Shown here in pieces: positions 1-35,717 of a DNA stretch of 64,000 nucleotides. This DNA is from Antedon mediterranea (lineage: Eukaryota > Animalia > Echinodermata). The stretch lies in contig NC_092672.1 of assembly GCF_964355755.1 (NCBI RefSeq), positions 37,516,437 through 37,580,436 on the forward strand. Direction: 5' to 3'. How positions within the stretch are numbered: position 1 is the first letter of the stretch; each line of letters opens with the position of its first letter. Below the pieces are notes generated by a model. That model saw only the letters and a program-made list of their open reading frames with translations, made no database searches and was not told where the DNA came from. The position numbers and the translations under genes were made by a program.

Positions 1-88
1 ATAAAGGTAAATTTATTTCAAATGCAATTCAAATTATATTTTCAAATATTATTCATAAAAGTTATTTCATGTTCCATTTTTTTTATAG

Positions 89-1051
89 GAATGTTAGATA
101 TCCCGATGATTGAAAAAGAAGTTGAAGGAAAGCACAGGGTAACGTTGAACCTGAATCTAGTAAACCCTTACTTTTTTAAGTCTCACAATATCCTTTTACA
201 TTTAATTTGAACTATTTTCTAGATGAGTTTAAAACCTGATATTGGCGATGTCTACAAAAATCTATGGCAAAAAAAGAGCAGATCTTTTGGTACAAAGGCT
301 GTGTCAAAGTTCAGAGTTCTGGATGATAATGGTACTGCTGCCCTCGTCGAAGTTCAAGCGGTTACAGGTAAGACAAAGTTTATATCACTATTATCCAAAA
401 TTTATTGTACAATTTTCTTTTTTAAATCATAATTAATCTTATTTACAGGTGAAGACAAGTTTATATCACTATTTATCCAAAGTATCTTAAATTTGCCTTT
501 AAAGTCGTCATATTTTCTTTCTAAATCATAATTGTTATTTACAGGTGTAAAACACCAGGTACGCTGTCACATGGCATTTGGTCTGGGTTGTCCCATACTA
601 GGGGATCACAAATACTCGCATTTCAATAAAATTGCCCCACAGGTAAGCAAATCATTCTAGATTTAAACCTGTTAGTAGACTCAGTGGTTCAGTGAATTAC
701 TTGTGTAGAATGAGTGAAGCTACGTGGATGGTTTGAATATTGAATACAAAGTGACAACGTAAAGTTCAGAAGTAGTGAACACAGGAGTGGTACAGGAAAC
801 ATAGCCTAAGTAAATATTTCTTTGTTTCACGTCAACGTCGACACATTTTTTACTCTTTACAGAAACTTCCAGTTGAAATGCTTCAGCGATTTAGACTCCG
901 ACAGGCCAAAGTTCGCACAATGCCGATGCACCTTCATGCTCACCAGATATTTTTACCAGAAATCTATCAGGGTCGCAATCTCTCCATCACAACTCGGCTA
1001 CCACAGTTTTTTAACAAAAACTTGTCATATCTGAAACTTAAGGTTTCATAA
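89..1051 (+). CDS. RPUSD4: Mitochondrial RNA pseudouridine synthase RPUSD4-like, last four coding exons (5' part outside window)
   Basis: GT-AG exons 89-138, 223-367, 545-642 and 863-1051 join in frame: [22 protein letters not shown]...[49 protein letters not shown]...[12 protein letters not shown]...KVS*. RluA-family motifs TG.KHQ.R.H, PILGD.KY and LHA are present, and the match to the recalled RPUSD4 C-terminus is close. AATAAA lies near 1150. Confidence 0.9.
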
Positions 1052-3380
1052 GAAGTATAGGACATTTGATTAGAATGCAAAAACTTTTCAATGGGAATTT
1101 TGACTATATAGATATTTGCTACAAAATATAATTATATTCAAGATGAACAAATAAAGTTCGAAATATTCTCTTGCCTCACATTTTTGGAGTTTGTTTTATA
1201 TTATCATACAACAAACGGTTCTTAACATTCATAAAAATATAAATTTATAACACAAAAATGTATATGGTTCAACATGACGACACAATCATGTGTGTAATTA
1301 AGCTCACAACAACCAGACATGTTTATAAATTGAAGGTATTTTAATAAAATAATGAAATCATTTGCCTTAATGTTTTGAAATGTGCACAATTTTAATTATA
1401 GAATAAACAGACAGACAGACGAACGAACATAGAATATTGAAAATTTATTTACATAACATTGCAACTTTTTGGCAAATAAATGAACTGTACAAGAAAGTGA
1501 TTACATGTAATATACATATATAACAAATTACAGTCATTAGTTTACTGTATATATCTTAAAAACGGCTGGGAACAGAGCTTGTTGGATCCTGCCAAAATTA
1601 TTTACACAAACAAACAAACAATTTTATAATATGTTCTACATATTATACCACCATTCACCAGCTGACCAATCAAGATCAAGCTGAATTTGTGATTGTCATG
1701 TCAAATAAACGGTAAATTTAACAGGTATATATACCAACCCCAAAAACATAGCCCTATTCAGGAGGGGGTTTATACCACAGGTATGTGCACAACTAATATA
1801 TTTAGTTTTCTGCTGGATCCTGCCAAAGTAAATAAATAAATCTAGTTTCAGTTGCTCATATTTATATAGTTATTCTTGCATATGTACAAACATTTACAAT
1901 ATATAACAGTAAACATTCACATATTTATGGCATTCTATTTAAGATGCAAGGAAGAATGAGGTCACCACGGTAACCTCTTAAGTAACAACGCCCATCCCAA
2001 GTTTGGTATCAGTAACATTTACCTTGTAGAGTAATGGATCTGTAATACAAGTAATAAACAATTACAACATTCATAAGTTTAAAATGACTTCGGCATTCAA
2101 AGTATAGACTAATATATTTGGCTTGATATCACCATATTTGGTAATAATGACACACTTAATTAAAACACTTAATTTAAGGTATTACTGTAAGTAGAGTTAA
2201 AAAGATATAAAACAATCTGATATAAAATTACAAAGTATTACATAGAATTACAAGACACTAAAATGTATGACTATTAAGTTTTAAAGCATCTTTAAAATAT
2301 GGAGTGAGTTTTGCAAAAGTTATTTTTTTTAACATGCTCATTACGTCCCAAGCACACACTCAGAACATCGGCAGGTTAGCAAAATTCAATCCATACCTTT
2401 ACAGAATATCAGAAATTACATGTACAATATATTATTATAATACTTGCAAAGGTAATTGAAAAATGGAAGAAATCAAGGTACACATGAAAAGAAGGAATGT
2501 AGTAAGAATGTAAAGAAAGACAGAGCATTCAAAGTACCTAAGAAATTATCCTCATTCTAGAATTTATAATTTACAATTATAATATAACAATATTTATAAT
2601 ATTTTAAATAAAAGCACTTTAACTGCATTGCATCTTGGTATCATTTTTAATCGTAAAAGCTGATAGAAAATTTAAAAAAAGAATTAAAGTATTAGTTAAG
2701 AGTATTTAGTAGTTTTGCAAACAAACCGTTTACTTTTCCTGTTGGCGTTGGTTGCTCCTTAAATTAGGATCTAAATAAAATTGTTTCAAGAAGAATGACA
2801 GTAATATTACATCATCATCTAATAATTTTGTTTATTTTGAAAGTTTATACGGTGGTAAGGCCTAGTATTCCACACTAGCAAACTTTTACCAGTTTGCAAA
2901 CAACTAAAGTTTGTTAAAGTTAAAGACTTCTGCAATGCAAATGCTTTCAACTGATCTACACTAGCAAACTTGAGAAACTTTTAAACTATCACTTTAGTGG
3001 CAGTTTATCATAATTGTTGCCTTTAAAACACTACGCAAGTATTAATTAACCAACAGAGGGCAGTACATAACTTTACCAAATATTTGATTCAATTATGTAT
3101 TATATTAAAATATTGCTATAAATATGGGCTTTTGTTTTGTTTATTCGATTGTGTTTGTACCTCATGTAAATTCTTCTTCTGTTATTTGTTGTTTCAAATA
3201 GACTAGTACACACATTACTTTAAAAAAGAGGAGTTCAATAACTTCATCTCAGAATTGCTGACATCCGCTGAAAGTGTGTTAGACAAGCAAAGAACTTAAA
3301 TATGTTTGGTAGACTTGATCAAAATCAGTATCGTTCAATTCAGTTATATATTCTTTCGGAAAGAAAGAATATGCCTGATT

Positions 3381-26283
<22,903 letters not shown>

Positions 26284-26500
26284 TTGGTAATTTTTAGTGT
26301 TTACATTTTTGCTTAAATGTCGCCCTCTATATCGGCACCAATTATCCTGCACTCGTTCCCGGTCGCATACATTTTTCTTCTGCACGTCTCGAAACACAGA
26401 AGAAGGGTTGGTTATAATTACCGCGACGGTGATCGAGAAGAGGGCGTTAGAGCTAAGCGATAAAATACAAATTATAGGTGCCAGAGACGTTTCAAATGAA
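26284..26500 (-). promoter_or_regulatory. LIMK 5' UTR / proximal promoter
   Basis: CpG-enriched island directly upstream of the LIMK ATG in otherwise AT-rich DNA. It contains a TAGAGGGCG motif. Confidence 0.4.
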
Positions 26501-26824
26501 AACAACTAGGCATATGTGGAATATAATTTTTTTCCTAGGCATTTAAAATCATTTGTAACTTGGATAAATCGATGTCTTGATGATAATAGAACAAAAAGGC
26601 TTTGAAAGAAACATTAAACAATACAAACTTTATTTTATAGTCAATTAGACCAGTAGCACAACATATAACAATAATTTTACTGGTATGATGGTTACTGGTA
26701 TACTGTAATTAATGGTATAAAAAAAATGGTTAATAATGAGAATAATTATTAACAATCCAACAACAAGAAATATTTATTTTCATATTTTTTGTTGTACACA
26801 TTCTACAGATATTAATATCAGCCA

Positions 26825-27187
26825 ACAATATGTTGTCATAACTACGACAATATGTTGTCATAACTACGACAATATGTTGTCATAACTACGACAATATGTT
26901 GTCATAACTACGACAATAGGTTGTCATAACTACGACAATAGATGGTCATAACTACGACAATAGATGGTCATAACTACGACAATAGATGGTCATAACTACA
27001 ATAGATGGTCATAACTACGACAATAGATGGTCATAACTACGACAATAGGTGGTCAATAGGTGGTCATAACTACGACAATAGGTGGTCATAACTACGACAA
27101 TAGGTTGTCATAACTACGACAATAGGTGGTCATAACTACGACAATAGGTGGTCATAACTACGACAATAGGTTGTCATAACTACGACA
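26825..27187. repeat. 22-bp minisatellite, about 16 copies
   Basis: Unit ACAATA(T/G)(G/A)T(T/G)GTCATAACTACG, with variants arranged in blocks. Confidence 0.95.
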
Positions 27188-29160
27188 TTAATACGAAACG
27201 AATACTTGGTAGCCTTTATTTTACTTTTAATAGTGGTAGAATGTCTTTTGTCACACATGGCGTTTCATACGTATAGTATTACGTAAAACATGGAGATAAA
27301 AGGTACATTTTAAATTATTTTATTTTTGTTTATAACTCGACCATATTAAGTAAAAAATATTGTAAAACATTGTACATATTTATTTACACGTGTATATATT
27401 CTAATTATGTTTTGTCTATAATTCAAATGAAGTAATGCATACAAGAACAAATGCCCGCACAAATTTTATTTTACATTAGATATAAATGTACATTCTATTT
27501 TAAAAATTAAAATTTAGACAATTACCTCTATTTAAGTGTTAATACAAATAGTTAAAATTTAGGAACTAGAATATTGAATGCCAAGTGTGTAATCAGACAA
27601 TACGAAGTACTTCCTACTTTATTATAAAGATATATTCGATTCGATATATATATATATATAAATTTGTATTCAATATTAGAACAAAATTAGAATCCCACAT
27701 TTGTGACTCGTACATTGTCAATAAATAGGCGTAAAGAAAGTTTAGGTTTGAGAGTTTCATGAATAGTTTAGATGAAAGTTGTAAACGGTATCAGTACTTA
27801 AGTACTGCCTAACTAACTAAGCTAAAAGAAACTTAATCTACGCTTAAACTAAATCCTAAGCGCATTTAGCTTTAAAAAAGTGACACCGTTTACATTATGG
27901 TTAGGTTATATGGAAATGATAAATGGAAATAAATTAATAGTATATAAAGTATAGTTAAAGGATAGTAAATATTGAAACCGTGTACAAGTCACATTTTTAT
28001 AATTTCTTAAATGTTTCAAATATTAAAAGTAAACATTTTCGAATATATCTTATAACAAAGTATAAAATACAAAGTACACAATTACTATTTCTGGCCTAAT
28101 TTCTAGTTTTTATTTTCAGTCTATAGTGATTCGACCATTACATGTATTAACAATAGTTTCAAACAACAACATCATTTATTTCAGCCATATCTATTGAAAT
28201 AAATGTATATATAGTTTTATATCTAGAAAGAGTGAGATCTTTTTTCGTTTTTTAAATCATAGGCTATAGATTAAATCCAAAGGCAAATAATTTTTTTTTA
28301 AATTACAATGTTGTGGGTATCAGTGGCAAATACTAATAAGCAGAAAGTTAAATCAAAAAATAAAACAGCCGAAAAAAGTAACTAGCTTCCTTCATCGCTG
28401 TGTGTATATAAATTAATAATTTTCTGTAAATCTTTAATATTAATACATTTTCAATTTTATATTTATATTAAAATACAAAATTTAATTGCTGCAATAGTAA
28501 TTATATGCATTTCCTAAATAGAATGCAAATAATTTAATAATCCAAGATTATCGATAACTGACTTCTGCTAGTTTCTTCTAATAAATCGTCTGCTGCTTTC
28601 CATTGGCAGAAATCACATCATTAATCTCCCTGTCTTTTGCTAATTTGTTTTTTTCTTTCCAGACAGCTTCTTATACCTTCAATAAAAATTGCAGCTTTCA
28701 TGCAGTTTCTTCTAATCGACCAAGATATTTGTGTTCGTTTTCAGAAACCAAGATACCATTCAGTAAGCGTCTGACGAATGAAAACAAATGTTTACTTAAA
28801 ATATAATAATGCAAATAGTTGAAAGACCCCTAGCATCACATTATTAATATATATAGACGCAACACAATGAACATACTTGATAGCTGAAATCAGCCTAGAT
28901 TGTTGCTGCAGATCCGTTACAACGCGCTGAGTTGTTGGCGGTTAATCCGACGTACTTAAGTTGTCTTCAAACGTACGCTGTAGATTTTAAAAACACGTAG
29001 CATGCATGAATATTTAAATTTATTTATATTTTTATGTAAATAAATATTATTAAACATATTTTCTCACCGTTCAATGGGCCTGGAATTTGTTCCAATTGAG
29101 TTGATTCCGAAGAATCTACGAGAAAATTAATTCTATCATCATTTCAGTCATTTCCATTTC

Positions 29161-29519
29161 TTGAATCCCATCTGTATGTCTTGAATCCCATCTCCACTTC
29201 GTGAATCCCATCTCCACTTCGTGAATCCCATCTCCACTTCGTGAATCCCATCTCCACTTCGTGAATCCCATCTCCACTTCGTGAATCCCATCTCCACTTC
29301 GTGAATCCCATCTCCACTTCGTGAATCCCATCTCCACTTCGTGAATCCCATCTCCACTTCGTGAATCTCATCTCCACTTCGTGAATCCCATCTCCACTTC
29401 GTGAATCCCATCTCCACTTCGTGAATCCCATCTCCACTTCGTGAATCCCATCTCCACTTCGCGAGTCCCATCTCCACTTCGCGAGTCCCATCTCCACTTG
29501 GTGAGTCCCATCTCCACTT
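29161..29519. repeat. 20-bp minisatellite, about 18 copies
   Basis: Unit GTGAATCCCATCTCCACTTC, degenerate at both edges. Confidence 0.97.
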
Positions 29520-30937
29520 TTTGATATTTAGGCCTACATCCAATCTCAAAAGGAAATTAGTTACATTATCAATCAGTGTGACATAAGCATGTGAAATTTT
29601 AAAGGCAGACATCCCAAGCTCTTTTAGTTATGCAGGCCTAGCTTGCATAATGATGTAATGTCCTACTTATATCATAAATATATACAATCTTATAGACAAT
29701 TCATTATTGTTATTATATTATTAAGCGCGCGAGAGGTTTAAGTTGGTTTAAGTTCGACTTCTGAAAGTTTGAGGATTTTACATTAATGTTATTTTTGAAA
29801 GTGTGTATAAACAACATAAATCTGCAGTAGACGTCATCAGCTCAGAAAGTCGACGAATCCTAGAATGCGAATGCAAAATGTGAACACATAACGATGATAT
29901 TATTTACTTACATTAAATTATGTTACATGCATCACTGCGCCAAATACAACCGAGTAGGCCTACACTTTCACTACGTCACACAAAGTAGTTCAAACTCAGT
30001 TCGCACATGTTAATAAGATGAATTTTATAGTTACGGTTATAAATATTGAAAAATTACTGTTAGTAGTTAAAGTAAAATCCTCAAAGGTACAGAAGTCTTA
30101 TTTTAAAGTCATAACATTTTGAGTATTAGTTACTTTTTGTCAATAATTTAGGCCTTGTAGACAGAAACCTATTGAAAATAATCGGTATATCGCACTATAA
30201 TTGGTTAAATTACTTGCGGTGAGCTTACATCCTTGCGTTGCGTCCAAGTGGTAATCAAGCTTTTATTTTAGAGAATTTTTTTATTTTGATACGCACTATA
30301 TAGTACAGTAATACTAAAATATGCTTTCTTATTATTTACTTTACATTACTATACTTATCTGTTTGGACGTTGGGCATTGAATGCCAAGCCACAAGGAGCA
30401 AAGGTTTGGTTGAACACAACACACTATGAATCTGAAACTATAACTACAAAAAAGCAATCTTGGTCGAAACCAGAATTAATGGTTATAGGTATGGGAAGAT
30501 TTTATTTAACAGTCGGTCCAATCAAACACATTTTTACTCATTACTGATTAATGGAAATGTTGATCGATAACAACACGGACAGGGAAATATGTTTACTTTA
30601 TAAGTTCTCTTAGACATTTCTGGTACATTTTATTAGTTTATAGTTTTTTATAAATGTATAAAAAAACAGGTAAAAAAAAATACTTTTTATCACTATATGC
30701 TGATTAACAACACCTTTGTTTATTTAAGTTCTATATACTTGTTCTTATGTAAAAGGGTCCTACAAAAAAACGAAGCTATAGCTTTTTTATGCAGGATCCC
30801 TGTTCTCAGTTGTACTGTAATTATGATGTACTGTAATTGATGACTAAATAAATGTGGAATAAAAAAAAAAAGTATAGTTTTATAGGTTTCAATTAAGCAG
30901 TTCGTGTCATCGACTGCTTTTTGAGAAGCACAAGCGG

Positions 30938-31127
30938 CATGATACAAACCTTTGGCCTAGGCTTTCACACAGCCACACATTAGCCATGATACAAACCTTT
31001 GGCCTAGGCTTTCACACAGCCACACATTAGCCATGATACAAACCTTTGGCCTAGGCTTTCACACAGCCACACATTAGCGGCATGATACAAACCTTTGGCC
31101 TGGGCTTTCACACAGCCACACATTAGC
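30938..31127. repeat. 47-bp tandem repeat, 4 copies
   Basis: Unit CATGATACAAACCTTTGGCCTAGGCTTTCACACAGCCACACATTAGC. Confidence 0.95.
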
Positions 31128-31956
31128 CAACATAGAACGAATACAAACAACTTCCGTAATTTCCTTCCGATTTAAATTGACAAGTTGGTTTCAGGTTGGA
31201 ACAGGCCCTAAAAACCAACCCATCCCGCCAAATCGTTACCGATGACATTAAATATGTATTGCCATATATAGGGTACAGAAGTACACTATATAGAATACCT
31301 CGTTGAAAATGACGAGGTAATTTGGCTATGCGACTATAACGAAGATTATAGCAACACATTTCATAGTTTAGTTTACAGATTTCTTAAATACTGCACTCCA
31401 TGCCATTTGGCGGACAGTTTACAAAAATGACCCTAAACTTAAGTCGCGCTTACACAGAGTTTTCTAATACTGTCCACCAAAATGACTGGAAGGCAGTTTA
31501 CATTATACATTCCTACACTTGTTATTTGGTCCCTCCCAATATCCTAACTAGATGAGCATGTGTTATGTACATTATGTGAACGAATGATTCTTTTTACATC
31601 TTTTAAAAATATATTGAAATGTAAGCTTTATTGTTATATATTGAAAAAGACCACAAGAAGAATATAGACTTCTTTGTAAACCTTATTCCGCATATTGTTT
31701 TTTTAAATTTCCATTTTATAAAATTTATCCTTTTTCTTTAAAAAAAAAAATAAATATTACATAGCCTAATTTTTTTTAATAAATAATAAATAAATACAAT
31801 TAATTATTATTACCTATTTTATATCAAACAGAGTTACTCAAAGAGTTGCCCTATACAACTCCTTGGTTAACTATATTCGACGGAAATATTATTTTAAATT
31901 AGTGACAGTCATGCAAGATGTGCTGACGTGCGAAGATAGAAAGATAGAAACGCTAA

Positions 31957-32058
31957 ACGTCTCAGAAGACATGACGTCTCAGAAGACATCATGACGTCAC
32001 AGAAGACATCATGACGTCACATAAGACATGACGTCACATTACCAAACATCATCACGTA
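31957..32058. repeat. 17-20-bp tandem repeat carrying TGACGTCA palindromes
   Basis: About 5 copies of ACGTC(T/A)CAGAAGACAT(CAT)G, including three perfect TGACGTCA. Confidence 0.8.
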
Positions 32059-34021
32059 CCGGGTCACAAAAGTGGTTTTAAACCAGCTGACCACGAAAAA
32101 AAGTTGTCAGCACCAGTGGCTACTAACAATCAAAATAAAATAAAAAATACCATGAGTTTTTAGCTAAATCACAAGCCTAACACTAAAGTTTCATCACAAG
32201 CCTAACAGTTGGATCACAAACGCGCGTAGCCATTTTGGGCTATCCCATCCCGAACGCTGTGGGTAGGGAGCTAGACCACCCGGGGGTTATAGTACCTTTG
32301 AACTTACAGAGTTTTGAAAGCTTCAAAAGCGATGTCTTGCTGCGTTAGTTACTTACCTGTAGTCCACCTGTAAATGCAAATTATTTGGAGCTAACGTACA
32401 ACATTATAGGGATATTGCACGTCAGCGTGTTGTATCATGCAACATAAACAATAACTGTGATTGACTTATGATTGATGTTAAGTTTGTCTTACTATCGTAC
32501 TTAAAATATTTCATGATCAATATCATGACAATGCATACAATTGTTTTTAAAGTGTAGTATGAATATACGAAATACAGTCCAAATTACGTCAAAGAAACAA
32601 TATAGACTTAAAACATTACGGTCCAAATTACGTAAAAATATATCAGTCTTATCCATTGGCGATGTAATCATCCGTTATAATGTTAGTAAAATAACAATTC
32701 AAAAAGAAATACACGGTACGGTACTGTACAACGACCATGCGCATACAGATAATATGCGACATTGGTTATCTTACATTACTGCATGACACAACACTACACA
32801 TAAATACCATTATACACCGAGGTATATAAAATGGCATTGTGTGCTTAGTGGTAAAGCGGATTTAAAGAGAATAAGATACTGCAACCAGCTCAATCCACCT
32901 GTATACTAATTTACTAAACTATGTATTAGTTCGTCTGAAAAATAACGAACCATTATTAACTATCATACGTATGTATATAGGCCTACAAAATGTTTACATA
33001 GGCATACATCAATTGAATTGAATATGTATGGTAGTTCCAATGGTTCGGGTTGTTGGGTCTTACTATGTTTCTTCACGCAAGCCAGTTCTGAGCATCCGGC
33101 CGGAGGATAACGAGGCGCGAACGTCAAGCGACGACAGAGGGTCATCATGAATTTTGTCTAATAATTTAAGGCTTCGAAAAACGGTAAATATGTACCGTAT
33201 TACGTACGACCTGTAAAAATATAAAACATAAATACGATTGCCACAACAAAGCCTTATTTATTTTTAATACACATTAAAATGTGTTTATATCGTGAATGAC
33301 TAAAGAAGACCATGCCTAAGCTACATACTGATTGGTTTCACGGAACAGAAAGAGAGCAAGTATGAATTAAATATAGCCGTTTGGAACGATTACGGTACCT
33401 TGATTGGTAATAGATATAAAAAAAAGTATACATTTGGCATATATATAATAATAATACCACAACATACGTACCCACTGAAGGCTCTGTCAGTTCACGCCCT
33501 CCTCCATTGCCGTCGTACAACAGAATAACAAAACGGCATTCGGAATTCGCGGCAAATACGCTCTCATTGAATATGCAAATTAGACTTTTATTAGTTGCTA
33601 TGTTTCGCTCTTTTCAGAGCAGCTTAGTAAGTTATTAAAATGTACAATATTTGTGGGGACACAAAGATTCGTAGTATCACATAAGTACATTAAACAGATT
33701 ATCTATAATTTTATGCAAGCAAGCAACACAAAGTGTATTCGTTATTCATATTTTTATTAGCGTTTTGTTTTATGAAATTTTGACAGACATATTAAATGTC
33801 TAAAAATGCGACCTTATTATCCAGTATCACATTGGCATTTTGTCATAGAGATGTCTTTAGAGTTATGTTAAATACAGCGCCACAATAGCATATGACAATA
33901 TTTTACACATGTGCCGCAGTATCACGGAATTTGCCTATGATATGGAACACATTATATAGATAGAGTACCGTACGGAGAATCGGCTTTACAAGTTTGACGT
34001 TAAATTAAAAATGATTTTTAG

Positions 34022-34250
34022 AGTTTGGTTCACACTCACACGCAACGCAATGACGTAAGCGCAACGCAAGTAATTTGACCAATCACAAGCGATGGATTAT
34101 TCGAATTGTCACTAGTCATTGGTTAACTCGCTTGCGTTGCGCTTACGGCCTTCTGTTGCGTACTAGTGGGAACCAAACTTAACATCATCATTTCCATATA
34201 TGGGCACATCACATTTCTTTTACATAAAGTTTGATAGTGTAGACAGAGCT
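34022..34250. mobile_element. MITE family A (34022-34160) abutting a half copy of family B (34161-34250)
   Basis: AGTTTGGTTCACACT...CGCAACGCAA...TTGCGTTGCG...CTAGTGGGAACCAAACT is directly followed by family B interior and the TIR GTTTGATAGTGTAGACAGAGCT. Confidence 0.8.
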
Positions 34251-34344
34251 GTAGAAAGTTAATTTATTGTGAGTGTAATAAAGAGTTCATACTAATTATA
34301 GTACAAATAAAACATTTATTATGAACTAAAAAAAACTCATCTAA

Positions 34345-34792
34345 AGTAACACACTCAGGGTTACTATCCTAGACAAACACGCTAACTAGTAACACACTCT
34401 GGGTTACTAGATAACACGCTAACTAGTAACACACTCTGGGTTACTAGATAACACGCTAACTAGTAACACACTCTGGGTTACTAGATAACACGCTAACTAG
34501 TAACACACTCTGGGTTACTAGATAACACGCTAACTAGTAACACACTCTGGGTTACTAGATAACACGCTAACTAGTAACACACTCTGGGTTACTAGATAAC
34601 ACGCTAACTAGTAACACACTCTGGGTTACTAGATAACACGCTAACTAGTAACACACTCTGGGTTACTAGATAACACGCTAACTAGTAACACACTCTGGGT
34701 TACTAGATAACACGCTAACTAGTAACACACTCTGGGTTACTAGATAACACGCTAACTAGTAACACACTCTGGGTTACTAGATAACACGCTAA
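34345..34792. repeat. 37-bp minisatellite, about 12 copies, with internal hairpin
   Basis: Unit TAACTAGTAACACACTCTGGGTTACTAGATAACACGC, containing the inverted repeat CTAGTAAC...GTTACTAG. Confidence 0.97.
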
Positions 34793-35109
34793 AACTGTCA
34801 AAATAAATTTGAGATAAGATGTATAATGATTATTACTTATAGTAATCACTATATTTTATCATTATTTTATTATTATTATTATTAAATTTCTGAAATTGTT
34901 TTTCTCATAAAAATGTTTTAAGTAACAAGTATTCTTACTATGTAAAAGTATATACTACTATAGTAAATTCGTTTAAAATCTTGAGTAGGCCTATATAGTT
35001 TATAAGAGTGTATATATCTACTATAACAAGGTATAACATACATTATCAGTACGTATGAACCTATTTGCATTGCTTAAAACTGACAGTACTTAATAAGTGT
35101 GAAAACGTG

Positions 35110-35255
35110 TTCACATTATGCTGAATACGTGTGTAATCGTTTGTATTCACATTATGCTGAATACGTGTGTAATCGTTTGTATTCACATTATGCTGAATAC
35201 GTGTGTAATCGTTTGTATTCACATTATGCTGAATACGTGACGTGTGTAATCGTTT
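35110..35255. repeat. 36-bp tandem repeat, about 4 copies
   Basis: Unit GTATTCACATTATGCTGAATACGTGTGTAATCGTTT. Confidence 0.92.
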
Positions 35256-35517
35256 CCAAAAAACCTGTGCACACACGCAAAAGAATACAGGTATAAGTGC
35301 GTGTTAAAAAGTTTTCGTTTGTAACTTTTATGTACGAAATTGAACATCTTAATTACAGTATTAAAGTAAACACAATTTTGCACTACGCGAATAGTTGTAA
35401 AGTACTTTGGAATTTTGCGTTTTCGTGGAAGCTATTGCTGAGATCGTACCCGCTATCGTATGCTTTGGTTCCGTAGAGAGAGAGAGAGAACTAAAATGCT
35501 TTACGTGAAATAAAAAA

Positions 35518-35703
35518 CAAATAATGAATGTTTCATATTCGTGCAATGGAACAAATAATTCCATTCAGTGAATGGAATTATTTGTTTTGGTTCAGTAGAG
35601 AAAGAACTGAAATAAAAAACAAATACGTCTCGCGTAAAAATATAACCTTTCACCTTATGAAATTATTTGTACCATTGCACTCATAAACATTCATTATTTG
35701 TAT
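35518..35703. mobile_element. Inverted-repeat element immediately 3' of the SLC5A stop codon
   Basis: About 40-bp imperfect inverted repeats CAAATAATGAATGTTT...GTGCAATGGAACAAATAATT / AATTATTTGTACCATTGCAC...AAACATTCATTATTTG. Confidence 0.6.
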
Positions 35704-35717
35704 ATTAATTGAACGTG

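Noticed and set aside
29116-29612. Three overlapping ORFs with EMGFTKWRWDSRSGDGIH repeats
   Set aside because: They are translations of a stop-free 20-bp minisatellite, with no splice or homology support.
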